Positions 10,478 through 19,681 of a DNA stretch of 56,575 bases are shown in pieces. Source of the stretch: Methanobacteriota archaeon (GTDB taxonomy: Archaea; Thermoplasmatota; Poseidoniia; MGIII; CG-Epi1); the NCBI GenBank assembly GCA_002687355.1, contig NYZZ01000036.1, positions 1 through 56,575 on the forward strand, read 5' to 3'. Below the pieces are notes generated by a model. The model was not told the origin of the DNA, did not search any database, and saw only the letters and a list, made by a program, of their open reading frames with translations. The position numbers were made by a program, and so were the translations under genes. Every line of letters begins with the position of its first letter. Position 1 is the first letter of the stretch.

Positions 10478-11179
10478 ATGGCTGACGGCAATGAACAGTC
10501 TGCCCAGCTTGAGAGCGCGCTCACACACGAACAGCAGCGTCTCGAAAAGCTGTGGGACGCCTACGAACAACAGGAGCAGGACCTGAACGCGTCACTCGAC
10601 CGTATCAACCGACTTGAGTCCGACCTGGAAACCAAGCAGGCAATGGTCCAGTCGCTGGAGGAACTGCTCAGCGAGCGCGACGGCCGAGTGCGCGAGCTGG
10701 AAATCGATCGGCAACGGCAAGCCAAAGTCGAAGCCGAGTATGGGCCGCGCGTGGAAACGCTCGAGGAAAGAGTTGCTGACCAGACTGAGAAGTACGATCG
10801 GCTGCTCTCGATTACCCAAGAAATGGAGGAGGAACTCGAGTTCGCCAAGCAAGCGGTACGAGCGCGTGATGCTTGGTTCAACCTGAACGTCAGCAGTCTC
10901 GAAGCGATTGCAGAGGTCAGCAAGGAATGGCGCTCAATTCAGTCGGGCAACTTCCCTGCTCCGGCTAGCGGTGGCGGACCAGGAGGCTCAAAGGCTGATT
11001 TCATCACTGAAGTGTCCAAACTCAAGGGGCTCGGCAAGGTGAAGGCAGAACAGCTCTACGATAGCGGCTTTCATTCAATCGGGGAACTCAAAGCAGCTTC
11101 ACTCGACGATATCTCTGGTGTCAGTGGCTTCACCAAGCTGACCGCACAGAAGATCGTTGACGGGGCCAAGTCGCTCTAG
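10478..11179 (+). CDS. Coiled-coil protein with C-terminal helix-hairpin-helix domain
   Basis: 233 aa from ATG 10478. The heptad-rich region runs from EQQRLEKLWDAYEQQEQDL to ELEFAKQAV. The C-terminal HhH pair is LKGLGKVKAEQLYDSGFHSIGEL..ISGVSGFTKLTAQKI. The 5' part of the track ORF overlaps cgi121. Confidence 0.6.
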   Translation: MADGNEQSAQLESALTHEQQRLEKLWDAYEQQEQDLNASLDRINRLESDLETKQAMVQSLEELLSERDGRVRELEIDRQRQAKVEAEYGPRVETLEERVADQTEKYDRLLSITQEMEEELEFAKQAVRARDAWFNLNVSSLEAIAEVSKEWRSIQSGNFPAPASGGGPGGSKADFITEVSKLKGLGKVKAEQLYDSGFHSIGELKAASLDDISGVSGFTKLTAQKIVDGAKSL

Positions 11180-11715
11180 AGCGCGAGGAAGTTTCGCACC
11201 ACCTGCTCATTCCTCACTTCAGGATGGAATAGCACGCCATAGTGTGGTAATTCGTGGTGACGAATCGCTTGCACACAACTTTTTGATTGTGCCAGTACCT
11301 CAAACTGCGGACCGGGGTCGATTGCACGGTGGTGGAGCGCAAAAGCTTCAAAATTGCCGGAACAAAGTGGATTCTCCGCAATCGTCTTGACTTGAACCAT
11401 ACCGATTTCACGCTGAATGATGATTTCGCCGCCACAAACGGCTACAAGCAATTGCATCCCGGAGCAAATTGCCAACAACGGTACATCAGCATCCAGTAAT
11501 GGTTTAATATCAGGATTTTCTTTTAAATATATGTCGTCTTGAAGTGCAGTTCCCCCCAGCAAGATATGAGAAACTCCTACAGGAACGCTGTCAAGATTGT
11601 TTAGATGACTACTTTCGACGGTCTTACCTGCATCGCGTATGACGCGTGCTAGCGGTACGATGAACTCAGCCTCACTCAGCGGCTCAACGCAGGTTGAGAC
11701 GATGAGCACAGTCAC
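11176..11715 (-). CDS. Class I glutamine amidotransferase
   Basis: 179 aa with the nucleophile elbow LLAICSGMQLL and the FHPE His-Glu pair. The GTG start overlaps the upstream stop (GTGA). Confidence 0.8.
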   Translation of the reverse strand: MTVLIVSTCVEPLSEAEFIVPLARVIRDAGKTVESSHLNNLDSVPVGVSHILLGGTALQDDIYLKENPDIKPLLDADVPLLAICSGMQLLVAVCGGEIIIQREIGMVQVKTIAENPLCSGNFEAFALHHRAIDPGPQFEVLAQSKSCVQAIRHHELPHYGVLFHPEVRNEQVVRNFLAL

Positions 11716-12389
11716 ACGAGCACCGCCTCGGTAATGTGTAATCGACCGGCGCCGGCGTGGAACTTAGATGTGGTCTCAATCAATCGCAGCCGTTTCTGGA
11801 ATAACGGCGCGCCGAGCACCAGTGTCTCTAGTTCGCCGCCCTCACCGGCTGGGTTCAGCCTGTGCCGGTCCGCCTGCACCAGCAGCCTGTCTACCGCTGC
11901 TCGGTCCAGGCTGCGGCCGAGCCACTCTGCGCCGAGTCCGTCGGCTGCGACAGCAGTCACGACCACCTCGTACCCATCGGTCAGTAATACATCTAGCAGT
12001 TTTAGCTGCGGTAGCTGCCAGAGCGGGTTGAAACACCAGAGTCCAAGATTGGCGCAGACGCGCTGGACGCGCGTTGCCTGGTAGACTGACGCCAGTGCAC
12101 CAGTGACTACGCCCGTAATCCTGTATTTGCGCTGCGCGCGCACCAGCAGCGCCTCCATATCGGCCAGTTCATCCTCAGGCTCACCCGGCGTAGCCGCAGT
12201 GAGTTGTGCGATATCCAAGGCTTTCGCCTGTAGTGCAGTCCACTCCAGCGCCGGCGTGTGGAACATCCAGCTGTCGTCGCGTTCGGGAAATAGTGTCAAC
12301 AGGCAAACAATCTCGTGGCCGGCGGCGACGGCGCGGTGCAACGCGAGGCAAGAGTCCTTACCGCCCGAGAAGAGCACACCGAGCTTCAT
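11712..12389 (-). CDS. dph6: Diphthine-ammonia ligase (Dph6 / DUF71 PP-loop ATPase)
   Basis: 225 aa. It carries the PP-loop MKLGVLFSGGKDSCLAL, then ..GVVTGALASVYQ.. and AGEGGELETLVL, as in archaeal MJ0570/PF0828-type proteins (from memory). Confidence 0.8.
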   Translation of the reverse strand: MKLGVLFSGGKDSCLALHRAVAAGHEIVCLLTLFPERDDSWMFHTPALEWTALQAKALDIAQLTAATPGEPEDELADMEALLVRAQRKYRITGVVTGALASVYQATRVQRVCANLGLWCFNPLWQLPQLKLLDVLLTDGYEVVVTAVAADGLGAEWLGRSLDRAAVDRLLVQADRHRLNPAGEGGELETLVLGAPLFQKRLRLIETTSKFHAGAGRLHITEAVLV

Positions 12390-12970
12390 TTACGCTTCCG
12401 CTTGCTGATTAGGTAAACTTCGCTCGACGCTTTACGGGACGCTTCGGGTGAGAGCGTGCGCACCGAGCCGAACTCAGCCTGGACCGCGGCACGATACTGC
12501 TGGAAATCCTCGCCTTCGAACACCTTGACTGCGAAGCTGCGGGCGCGGTGTTCACTAGCGATGGCGAGGGCTAACTCTGCCAGCTCGATGGAGCGGGCCT
12601 GGTCGACCGAGTAGTTACCGCTCAAGTCAGGGCTCATGTCAGAGATTACTACTGTAGCGCGCACAAGATTGGCGATACGCTGCTGCAAACTCGGGTCACG
12701 CAAATCACCACGCAGGAACTCAACACCCTCCAAAGGAGCTATGTACGCCAGATCTACACCCATGATCCTGCCATCGGGACCGACCATCTCTAAAGCAACC
12801 TGGCTCCAGCCACCCGGAGCGGCACCCAAGTCAAGGACAGTGTCACCTTTGCGAAAGAGCTTGGAGCGACGCTGGATTTCCTGTAGTTTATAGGCCGAGC
12901 GTGCGCGGTAACCCTCCTTTCGTGCACGACGCTGGAAACCATCGCGGCCACGGCGGCCCTTGCCCGGCAT
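12386..12970 (-). CDS. rlmE: 23S rRNA (uridine-2'-O)-methyltransferase RlmE/FtsJ
   Basis: 194 aa with RSAYKLQEIQRRSKLFRKGDTVLDLGAAPGGWSQV and DMSPDLSG motifs. Confidence 0.88.
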   Translation of the reverse strand: MPGKGRRGRDGFQRRARKEGYRARSAYKLQEIQRRSKLFRKGDTVLDLGAAPGGWSQVALEMVGPDGRIMGVDLAYIAPLEGVEFLRGDLRDPSLQQRIANLVRATVVISDMSPDLSGNYSVDQARSIELAELALAIASEHRARSFAVKVFEGEDFQQYRAAVQAEFGSVRTLSPEASRKASSEVYLISKRKRK

Positions 12971-14026
12971 TCAGCTGCCGCCCGCCTTGCGGAGCGCCCA
13001 CTTGGCAGCCTGGCAGATTTTCAAGTCGGCACCAGTCGTAGTGCGGTTACGAATCAGTTTCAGGTGTGGCTTGACAAGCGCCGGTTTGTTGGCACCAATA
13101 TAGCCCAGCGCCTTCAGAATTTCAATATGAATGTACCAGTCCTCATTCTTCAAGGCACGCGCCAAATGCGGTACCGCCTGCATCACCACCAGAGCATCCT
13201 TGTTCCCGATTCTGCCGAGTGCAGTTGCACAAGCCTTGCGCAGCTCCGATGAATTGGAACGTAAACCCTTGACAAGCACAGGAACAGCTCCCGCGACCGC
13301 CTGTGGACTGTGCCGGCCCAAGACACCGACGCACTCAGCTGCACGTTCCTGTACCCGGTCGCTCGATTTAAGCGCGACAACCACGGCGGGTGCCAGCTTG
13401 ATGGCGGCTTGCGGTTGTTTGCCGGCGAGGGTGGTCAGTAGCACAATGGCATGGTAACGCACGCGCCAGTCACGGTGCTTGAGCGCGTCGCGCAACTTGG
13501 GAAGTGCCTGCGCCGGCGCTTTGTGGAGCACGCGCCCAAGTGCCTCCTGTGTTGCGTAGCGCACGTCTTTGTCATCGTCGTCGAGCAACTCGAACAGGTC
13601 GGGAATGGTTTCGTCGCGTCGTCGTTCAGAGCTTATTGAAAGGCTAGTCCACAATTTGACGACACGCAAACGCACCTCACGGTGCGGGCTGTCAAGCGTC
13701 TCCTGGATTGCAGAAAAGAAATCGTCCTGCCGCTCTGGCAGTAGCTCACGCAGTTCAAGCAGCGCCTCGATTATCGCTAGTTGTGCCTGTGCCGGCTGTT
13801 CGGACAGCGTTCCGAGCAGTGCCTTGACTATAGGCTCGCGCCAGCGTTCGGCCGCCTGCACCTGTACTAACAGCGCCTTGACCGCGGCGGCACGCTCCTG
13901 CTCACTGCCCGATTTGAGCGTAGTCAGGTGTTTCTCGACTTGGCTATCGAAGCCGCGGTCGGCCGAGCCATCCCGCCATTCGTCGACAGAATCCTTGAGT
14001 TCACTGAAACGGTCGCGCCACGACAC
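12971..14026 (-). CDS. HEAT-repeat (PBS-lyase-like) protein
   Basis: Repeated units such as ..DKDVRYATQEALGRV.., ..DWRVRYHAIVLL.. and ..SELRKACATALGRIG.. The longest ORF reaches 14185 but would overlap gatD. The in-frame GTG at 14026 (VSWRDRF..) has an A/T box about 25 nt upstream and is preferred. Start is uncertain. Confidence 0.65.
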   Translation of the reverse strand: MSWRDRFSELKDSVDEWRDGSADRGFDSQVEKHLTTLKSGSEQERAAAVKALLVQVQAAERWREPIVKALLGTLSEQPAQAQLAIIEALLELRELLPERQDDFFSAIQETLDSPHREVRLRVVKLWTSLSISSERRRDETIPDLFELLDDDDKDVRYATQEALGRVLHKAPAQALPKLRDALKHRDWRVRYHAIVLLTTLAGKQPQAAIKLAPAVVVALKSSDRVQERAAECVGVLGRHSPQAVAGAVPVLVKGLRSNSSELRKACATALGRIGNKDALVVMQAVPHLARALKNEDWYIHIEILKALGYIGANKPALVKPHLKLIRNRTTTGADLKICQAAKWALRKAGGS

Positions 14027-14047
14027 GAGCCTCGCGAAGGGATGAAG

Positions 14048-14055
14048 GTAATAAG
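14048..14055. promoter_or_regulatory. Central A/T box between divergent HEAT-repeat gene and gatD
   Basis: gtaataag sits in the middle of a 48-nt spacer (14027-14074). It is about 23-25 nt from each proposed start. Confidence 0.35.
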
Positions 14056-14074
14056 GCTCGCGCGATGGGACGCC

Positions 14075-15343
14075 ATGCCGACCGCGGCGGAGCAATTCCT
14101 GAAGGGACACGACGCCCGGCTGCACGACCACGTGCGCATCAGCTCGGGTGGCCACAGCTACGAAGGACGCATTATGCCGGCACACCGCTTCTCAGGTGAG
14201 CACGTCATAGTCCTCAAGCTCGCCAACGGCTACAATATAGGCGTCTCGTGCGAAGACGCCGAACTTGAACTACTCGAGCGCGCTGCACCCTCACCAGATG
14301 TGACCGTAACGGCCGCGTCCCCGCCAAACGACCTGCCGCCACTGACAGTACTCGGGACGGGGGGCACCATTGCGTCCTACGTGGACTACCAGACAGGGGC
14401 AGTCCACCCGGCGAAAAGCGCTGAGGAACTGGTGGCTGCTGTCAAGGATCTCGCCAATATCGCCAGCATCCGCGCTGATGCACTGCTCTCACTGGCGTCG
14501 GAGGACATGCAACCTGATGACTGGGTGAAAATCGCTACGCGTGTCAGCGAGCTGCACGCGAAGGATGGAAACGGAGTCGTAATCGGCCACGGCACTGACA
14601 CTATGACGTATACGGCTGCGGCGCTGGCATTCCAGCTGCCGTCACTGCAGGCACCAGTGGTGCTGACTGGTGCACAGCGTAGCAGCGATCGGCCCTCGAC
14701 CGATGCCCACCTGAATCTCGCTGGCGCTGCCAGAACGGCACTTACTGACTTGGGTGAAGTGGCTGTCGCAATGCACGCCTCACCGAGTGACGACTTTGTG
14801 GCTATCTGGCGCGGGACGCGGGTTCGCAAGGCACACTCGTCGCGGCGTGACGCATTCACGGCACCGAACGGCGGTCAACTTGGAAGCGTCGGCAACACTG
14901 TCGAGTTTGACGCTGAATACCGTCCCGTCGCCAATGAGACGCGACTTGAAGCAGGCTTCGACCCAGACGTGGCGCTGGTCTGGAGCCACCCTGCTCTTAC
15001 GGCAAGCGACTGGGAGGCTGTGACCGCTGGCAAGAAGGGCGTCGTCATCGCCGGCACTGGACTTGGCCACGTCGGGTCACACCTGCATGATGCCATACGG
15101 ACGACTGCGCGCGACGGTGTCGTGGCGATGACGACACAGTGCTTGGCAGGGAGCACTAACTTGAACATCTACCGCAACGGCCGAGAGTTGGGTGAAGCGG
15201 GGGTTGTCGAGGCGGGCGATACACTGCCAGAAACAGCATTGGTGAAACTGATGTGGCTACTCAAGCATCGCCCTGACTCGATTGCTGCAGATATTGAGGA
15301 AAATCTAGCGGGCGAACTCGGAACGCGCCGGTTTTTAGATTAA
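14075..15343 (+). CDS. gatD: Glutamyl-tRNA(Gln) amidotransferase subunit D
   Basis: From ATG 14075 the protein reads MPTAAEQFLKGHD..VRISSGGHSYEGRIMP..VLKLANGYNIGV, followed by an asparaginase-like domain (VLGTGGTIAS, GHGTDTM). The N-terminus aligns with archaeal GatD only from this Met. Confidence 0.88.
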   Translation: MPTAAEQFLKGHDARLHDHVRISSGGHSYEGRIMPAHRFSGEHVIVLKLANGYNIGVSCEDAELELLERAAPSPDVTVTAASPPNDLPPLTVLGTGGTIASYVDYQTGAVHPAKSAEELVAAVKDLANIASIRADALLSLASEDMQPDDWVKIATRVSELHAKDGNGVVIGHGTDTMTYTAAALAFQLPSLQAPVVLTGAQRSSDRPSTDAHLNLAGAARTALTDLGEVAVAMHASPSDDFVAIWRGTRVRKAHSSRRDAFTAPNGGQLGSVGNTVEFDAEYRPVANETRLEAGFDPDVALVWSHPALTASDWEAVTAGKKGVVIAGTGLGHVGSHLHDAIRTTARDGVVAMTTQCLAGSTNLNIYRNGRELGEAGVVEAGDTLPETALVKLMWLLKHRPDSIAADIEENLAGELGTRRFLD

Positions 15344-15373
15344 GCTTTTACTAACCTACTGCTGACCTCGTCC

Positions 15374-16489
15374 ATGACAGACCCGCGCTACGCCAAGTTA
15401 GCTTCCAACCTGATTAACCATTCCATCCGCCTGCAAAAGGGCGAAAAGGTGCTCATCGAAGCGTTTGACTTGCCAGAGACTATGATTATTGCGCTGGCGC
15501 GCGCTGCGCGCAAGGCAGGTGGCGTGCCGCTAGTGACACTGAAGAACAACCGCGTCCTGCGCGAGCTCTATCGCGAGGCGACTGAGGAGCAAATGCAACT
15601 CTGCGGCAAAGTTGAGCTGGCGCGGATGAAAGAGATGGACGCCTATATTGCCATGCGTGGCAGCAGTAATATTGCAGAGTTTTCAGACGTACCCTCAGAC
15701 CGTATGCAGCTCTACCAAACGCACTGGCTACAGCCGGTTCATTTCCAAGAACGCGTACCCAACACTCGCTGGGTAGTGCTGCGCTGGCCGTCAGCGTCGA
15801 TGGCACAGCAGGCTGAAATGTCGACTGAGGAATTCGAGGACTTCTACTTTGAGGTCTGCTGCCTAGATTACGCGAAGATGGGGAAAGCAATTGCACCACT
15901 AAAAGAGTTAATGGAGCGTACAGACCAAGTGCACATCACCGGCCCTAATACCGATCTTCGCTTCTCTATTAAGGATATTCCAGCAATCGCCTGCTGTGGC
16001 GACCGCAATATCCCTGACGGTGAGTGCTTTACCGCTCCCGTTAAGAATTCTGTCGAGGGACACATCCACTTCAACGCGCGTACACTGTACAACGGCACCA
16101 TATTCAGTGACGTACGACTCGAGTTCAAGAACGGAAAGGTAGTTGGCGCGACCGGCAGCGATGACGCGAGACTGAACGAAATCCTGGATAGCGACGAAGG
16201 TGCGCGCTATGTCGGCGAATTCGCACTCGCATTCAACCCCTTCATCCAGGAACCGATGCTCGACATCCTGTTCGATGAGAAAATTGCCGGCAGCTTCCAT
16301 TTTACCCCCGGTAACGCTTACGACGAGGCAGACAACGGCAACCGCTCAGATGTACACTGGGACATGGTGATGATCCAGCGGCCAGAGCATGGCGGCGGCG
16401 AAATTCACTTTGACGACGTACTCATCCGTAAAGACGGTCTGTTTGTACTGCCTGAGCTGGAAGGACTCAACCCGGAGAACCTCCGGTAG
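15374..16489 (+). CDS. M29-family aminopeptidase (AmpS/PepS-like)
   Basis: 371 aa. [32 protein letters not shown].. and ..[14 protein letters not shown].. are typical of thermophilic metalloprotease M29. Confidence 0.85.
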   Translation: MTDPRYAKLASNLINHSIRLQKGEKVLIEAFDLPETMIIALARAARKAGGVPLVTLKNNRVLRELYREATEEQMQLCGKVELARMKEMDAYIAMRGSSNIAEFSDVPSDRMQLYQTHWLQPVHFQERVPNTRWVVLRWPSASMAQQAEMSTEEFEDFYFEVCCLDYAKMGKAIAPLKELMERTDQVHITGPNTDLRFSIKDIPAIACCGDRNIPDGECFTAPVKNSVEGHIHFNARTLYNGTIFSDVRLEFKNGKVVGATGSDDARLNEILDSDEGARYVGEFALAFNPFIQEPMLDILFDEKIAGSFHFTPGNAYDEADNGNRSDVHWDMVMIQRPEHGGGEIHFDDVLIRKDGLFVLPELEGLNPENLR

Positions 16490-16497
16490 CAAGGACC

Positions 16498-17625
16498 ATG
16501 CGAGCCCGGCTCATGGACGATCCAATCGCCTCGGCTGAGCTGGCAGGACTGGCCTATGTCAGTGATTCTGAACCTGGGTTCTCAAGGCAGCAAAGAGGCG
16601 ATGATATAGTACACGTAAGCGCGAAGGGTAGAATTCTAAAAAATAGTAAAAAAATCGAGCGCATAGAGGGACTGAAAATCCCACCCGCCTGGACAAAAGT
16701 ATGGATTTGTGAGAACCGCAAAGGTCACCTGCAAGTGACTGGTGTTGACAAGAAAGGGCGCAAGCAATACATTTACCACCCTCTTTGGACCAAGCTGCGC
16801 AGCGAGGCCAAGTTTGACAAGATGGTAGAATTTGGCCATACACTGCCCACTATCCGTAGACAGTATGGCCTTGATCTACAGGTTGAAGGTAATCCAAAGC
16901 AAATGATGATGCCAAAAGAGCGTATGCTGGCGGCACTGGTTAGGCTGCTCGATACAACCTTCATCCGAATCGGCAATGAGACCTACCGTAAGGAAAACCA
17001 GCACTTCGGACTTACAACCCTGCTGGACGACCATTGCACGTTCGAGTATGATGATGATGTGCTACCAGAAGAGGAAAAATGGTACGATGGACAGCTCGTA
17101 GGCTGGTTCACGTTCGTAGGCAAGAGTGGAAAGGACCACACCGTAATGGTGCACGATGAGGACTATCCGGATCTAGTGGCTTTGATGATCGAAAGCTACA
17201 ACCTCAAGGCTGAAGGGACGAATGACCTCTTCGTCTACGTCGACGAGGGCGGCACACCTCGAGATATCAAGTCCAGGATGGTCAACGACTATTTGCAGAA
17301 GACTGCCGGGTCAAGTTATAGCGCTAAAGATTTCAGGACATGGCGTGGGACGGAAATGGCTGCTAGTGGACTGGCAAATACGCCGAAGCGGCTCAACAAG
17401 AAAGAACGCAAGAAAAGAGTGACAAAAGTGGTGAAGGAAGTCGCAACCAGATTAGGAAATACACCAGCCGTCTGCCGCAGCTCCTACATCCATCCGCTCT
17501 TCCTAAACGACTATATGTCTGGAAGTTTCCACAGGAAGTGGAAACAAGCCCACTCTGAGGAAGAAAACGAGATGCTTTCACCCGATGAAATTGCGGTCCT
17601 CAACTACCTGAGGAAAAGCGCATAA
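16498..17625 (+). CDS. DNA topoisomerase IB, poxvirus/bacterial short type
   Basis: 375 aa with IPPAWTKVWICENRKGHLQVTGVDKKGRKQYIYHPLW. The catalytic pentad contexts are IRIGNETYRKEN (Arg), FVGKSGKDH (Lys), SAKDFRTWRGT (Arg) and LGNTPAVCRSSYIHP (Asn and Tyr). Confidence 0.85.
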   Translation: MRARLMDDPIASAELAGLAYVSDSEPGFSRQQRGDDIVHVSAKGRILKNSKKIERIEGLKIPPAWTKVWICENRKGHLQVTGVDKKGRKQYIYHPLWTKLRSEAKFDKMVEFGHTLPTIRRQYGLDLQVEGNPKQMMMPKERMLAALVRLLDTTFIRIGNETYRKENQHFGLTTLLDDHCTFEYDDDVLPEEEKWYDGQLVGWFTFVGKSGKDHTVMVHDEDYPDLVALMIESYNLKAEGTNDLFVYVDEGGTPRDIKSRMVNDYLQKTAGSSYSAKDFRTWRGTEMAASGLANTPKRLNKKERKKRVTKVVKEVATRLGNTPAVCRSSYIHPLFLNDYMSGSFHRKWKQAHSEEENEMLSPDEIAVLNYLRKSA

Positions 17626-17641
17626 AAGAAGGGGATTTTTC

Positions 17642-17938
17642 TCAACCGCTAACTAGAATTTCAATGCTCTCGGTAAGGGCAATGTCCTTGTTGGTGATTC
17701 CGTTAGCATCGTGCGTGGTTGTAGTGATTTTTACATTGGAATAGTCAAATATCAGTATATCTGGATGATGATTCATTTCCTCCGCAATTTCGGCGATACG
17801 ATTTACGAAAGTTACAGCCGAGCCAAAGGTATCGAAACTGAAATCCTTGAAAAGACGATGATAGACGTCATCATGACTCCAACCATCCATGCCTTTCAAT
17901 GCCTTCTCAATTCCATCGTCGCTCAATAAATCGGACAT
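17642..17938 (-). CDS. Pterin-4-alpha-carbinolamine dehydratase (PCD/DCoH)
   Basis: 98 aa with ..FVNRIAEIAEEMNHHPDILIFDYSNVKITTTTH.., the PCD signature. Confidence 0.88.
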   Translation of the reverse strand: MSDLLSDDGIEKALKGMDGWSHDDVYHRLFKDFSFDTFGSAVTFVNRIAEIAEEMNHHPDILIFDYSNVKITTTTHDANGITNKDIALTESIEILVSG

Positions 17939-18036
17939 TAAAACCGCACCTTTGTGGAGGTATTTAGTCCTTTGTGACCTTAATGTTTTATATGCCCTTA
18001 TTTAACCGAACGCGTTTGACACTATTCAAGGACATA

Positions 18037-19194
18037 ATGCCAAAAAGCATGTCGAAGGGGCAAGAGCGCTACCTGAAGGCGCTTGTGCTTGTTTTCTTGT
18101 TACTTCTATTGGTCCTCACAATTGCACACACCGAAGATAACCCAGACTGGTATTTCGTTGTTCCGGGCCTGATAATACACCTCTCAGCCGAATCTTTTCT
18201 AATCCTAATTACGTCAGCTTTCGTGGCTGCTGCTACCAGGCATTTCATTATACCCATAATACTGTATGTGAGAGGTAGAAGCCAGTGGGAATGGGACCCC
18301 AGGCCTCTTGCCTTCTGGTTAGTCATTACTAAGGGCATTGCCCTGTACTTTATCGAACTTTCAGCAACAAATAGTAATCTTTCGTCGTACCTGAATGTCA
18401 CGTGTACGTTTTTCAATAGTATATTCGTGATTTTTCTAACAGTATTCCTGCTCAGGATATATCTACATTATTTTGTGCCTTTCCTATCCAAAGTGCTCTT
18501 GGCTATAGAAACCGACACACAATACGGACCAATTCTTGAAATTATAGGCTCAATAATGATTCTTATTTTTGGTTTAGCCGAATTTCTTAATCAATTCGAT
18601 GTCGATATTGGAGTCCTGCTCGCCGGAATCGGAGTGGCAGGTCTTGTCATTGCGCTGGCTGCACAGGATACCCTCAGTAATTTTTTCTCAGGCATCCTGC
18701 TATTGCTTGATCAGGGTTTCAAAACCGGTGACATGGTGTATTTCGATGGCGATTACTGTATTATCCGAGATTTTGGTTTGCGTTCCACCAAACTCTACAA
18801 CATAATTGAGCATGTTGTCGTCATTATTCCGAACAATGCCTTTGCATCGCAGAATATTGTAAATGTGACAAAGCCCGATCGCTATGTCAGGCATAGAATC
18901 AACGTGGGTGTATCGTACGACTCCGATCCTAGCAAGGTAGAAGAAGTTCTGCTGAAGGTCGCCGCCGGAAACGCGGACGTGGAGACAGATGACCCTACTC
19001 GGAAACCTATTGTCCGGTTTCAGTCTTTTGGAGAGTCCAGTCTTGAATTCGTTCTGGTACTGTGGATTAAGAATGTAATCAAGATTCGTCAAGTCAATTC
19101 AGATTTGCACCATGAAATATTCACGAATCTAAGAAAGGCGAAGGTAGTGATTGCCTATCCACAGAGAGACGTTCATTTGCATGAAGTATCTTAA
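18037..19194 (+). CDS. MscS-family mechanosensitive channel
   Basis: TM-rich N-terminus followed by the MscS core LAGIGVAGLVIALAAQDTLSNFFSGILLLLDQGFKTGDMV. A TATA-like box at about 17982-17995 lies inside the longest ORF (17974), so ATG 18037 is preferred. Confidence 0.8.
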   Translation: MPKSMSKGQERYLKALVLVFLLLLLVLTIAHTEDNPDWYFVVPGLIIHLSAESFLILITSAFVAAATRHFIIPIILYVRGRSQWEWDPRPLAFWLVITKGIALYFIELSATNSNLSSYLNVTCTFFNSIFVIFLTVFLLRIYLHYFVPFLSKVLLAIETDTQYGPILEIIGSIMILIFGLAEFLNQFDVDIGVLLAGIGVAGLVIALAAQDTLSNFFSGILLLLDQGFKTGDMVYFDGDYCIIRDFGLRSTKLYNIIEHVVVIIPNNAFASQNIVNVTKPDRYVRHRINVGVSYDSDPSKVEEVLLKVAAGNADVETDDPTRKPIVRFQSFGESSLEFVLVLWIKNVIKIRQVNSDLHHEIFTNLRKAKVVIAYPQRDVHLHEVS

Positions 19195-19262
19195 ACTGGT
19201 TGTAGGCCTTGGATGTGAGCTGGCGCCGCCAGCCCCTTAAGCCCCCTGCAATTTGGGCCGTA

Positions 19263-19481
19263 ATGGCGTACAGCGACCTCTCACCGGCGGACCTGAAGGT
19301 GTACGACTACTTACGCGGGAACGACTTCGTCGCTAAGCCCTGGTCGACCGCAAAGGCGGCGAAGACGCTGAAGCTAAAGCCGGAACAAGTGTACGAAGCC
19401 TTGAGCAACATCGCGCATTACATGCGCAGCAACATTCACATCCACTACCGTGACGGAGCGCTGCGCATCGCAGCTGAATGA
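19263..19481 (+). CDS. Small hypothetical protein, possibly winged-helix DNA-binding
   Basis: 72 aa from ATG 19263: MAYSDLSPADLKVYDYLRGN..STAKAAKTLKLKPEQVYEALSNI.. The fold assignment is weak. The stop overlaps the next start (ATGA). Confidence 0.35.
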   Translation: MAYSDLSPADLKVYDYLRGNDFVAKPWSTAKAAKTLKLKPEQVYEALSNIAHYMRSNIHIHYRDGALRIAAE

Positions 19482-19675
19482 GCGACGCCTCCTGGCGAGG
19501 ACTCGGCGCGCTGGGTGTACTGTTTTTCGGTTACCTGTTCTGGACGTTAGAGCCGGTACTATGGCAGCAGGTGCTACTGGCACTGCTGGCGCTTGATTCG
19601 CTGCTGCTAGCGCTACTCGGCTGGCGCTACATCAGCTGGTTCCTAGGGTTGTTCAGCGAAGGGGCAGGAGATTAA
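19478..19675 (+). CDS. Small two-TM membrane protein
   Basis: 65 aa with two hydrophobic helices (GALGVLFFGYLFW; VLLALLALDSLLLALLGW). It is translationally coupled to the preceding ORF. Confidence 0.4.
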   Translation: MSDASWRGLGALGVLFFGYLFWTLEPVLWQQVLLALLALDSLLLALLGWRYISWFLGLFSEGAGD

Positions 19676-19681
19676 TCCTAG

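Noticed and set aside
12971-14026. HEAT-repeat protein as deoxyhypusine hydroxylase (another translation-factor modifier)
   Set aside because: The four His-Glu metal-binding motifs of DOHH are absent. The equivalent positions read Q-E or R-K, for example VQERAAE.
13928-14185. Mutually overlapping longest ORFs of gatD (+) and the HEAT-repeat gene (-)
   Set aside because: A 258-nt divergent overlap is implausible. Homology of GatD starts at ATG 14075, and an in-frame GTG at 14026 gives a normal 48-nt divergent spacer.
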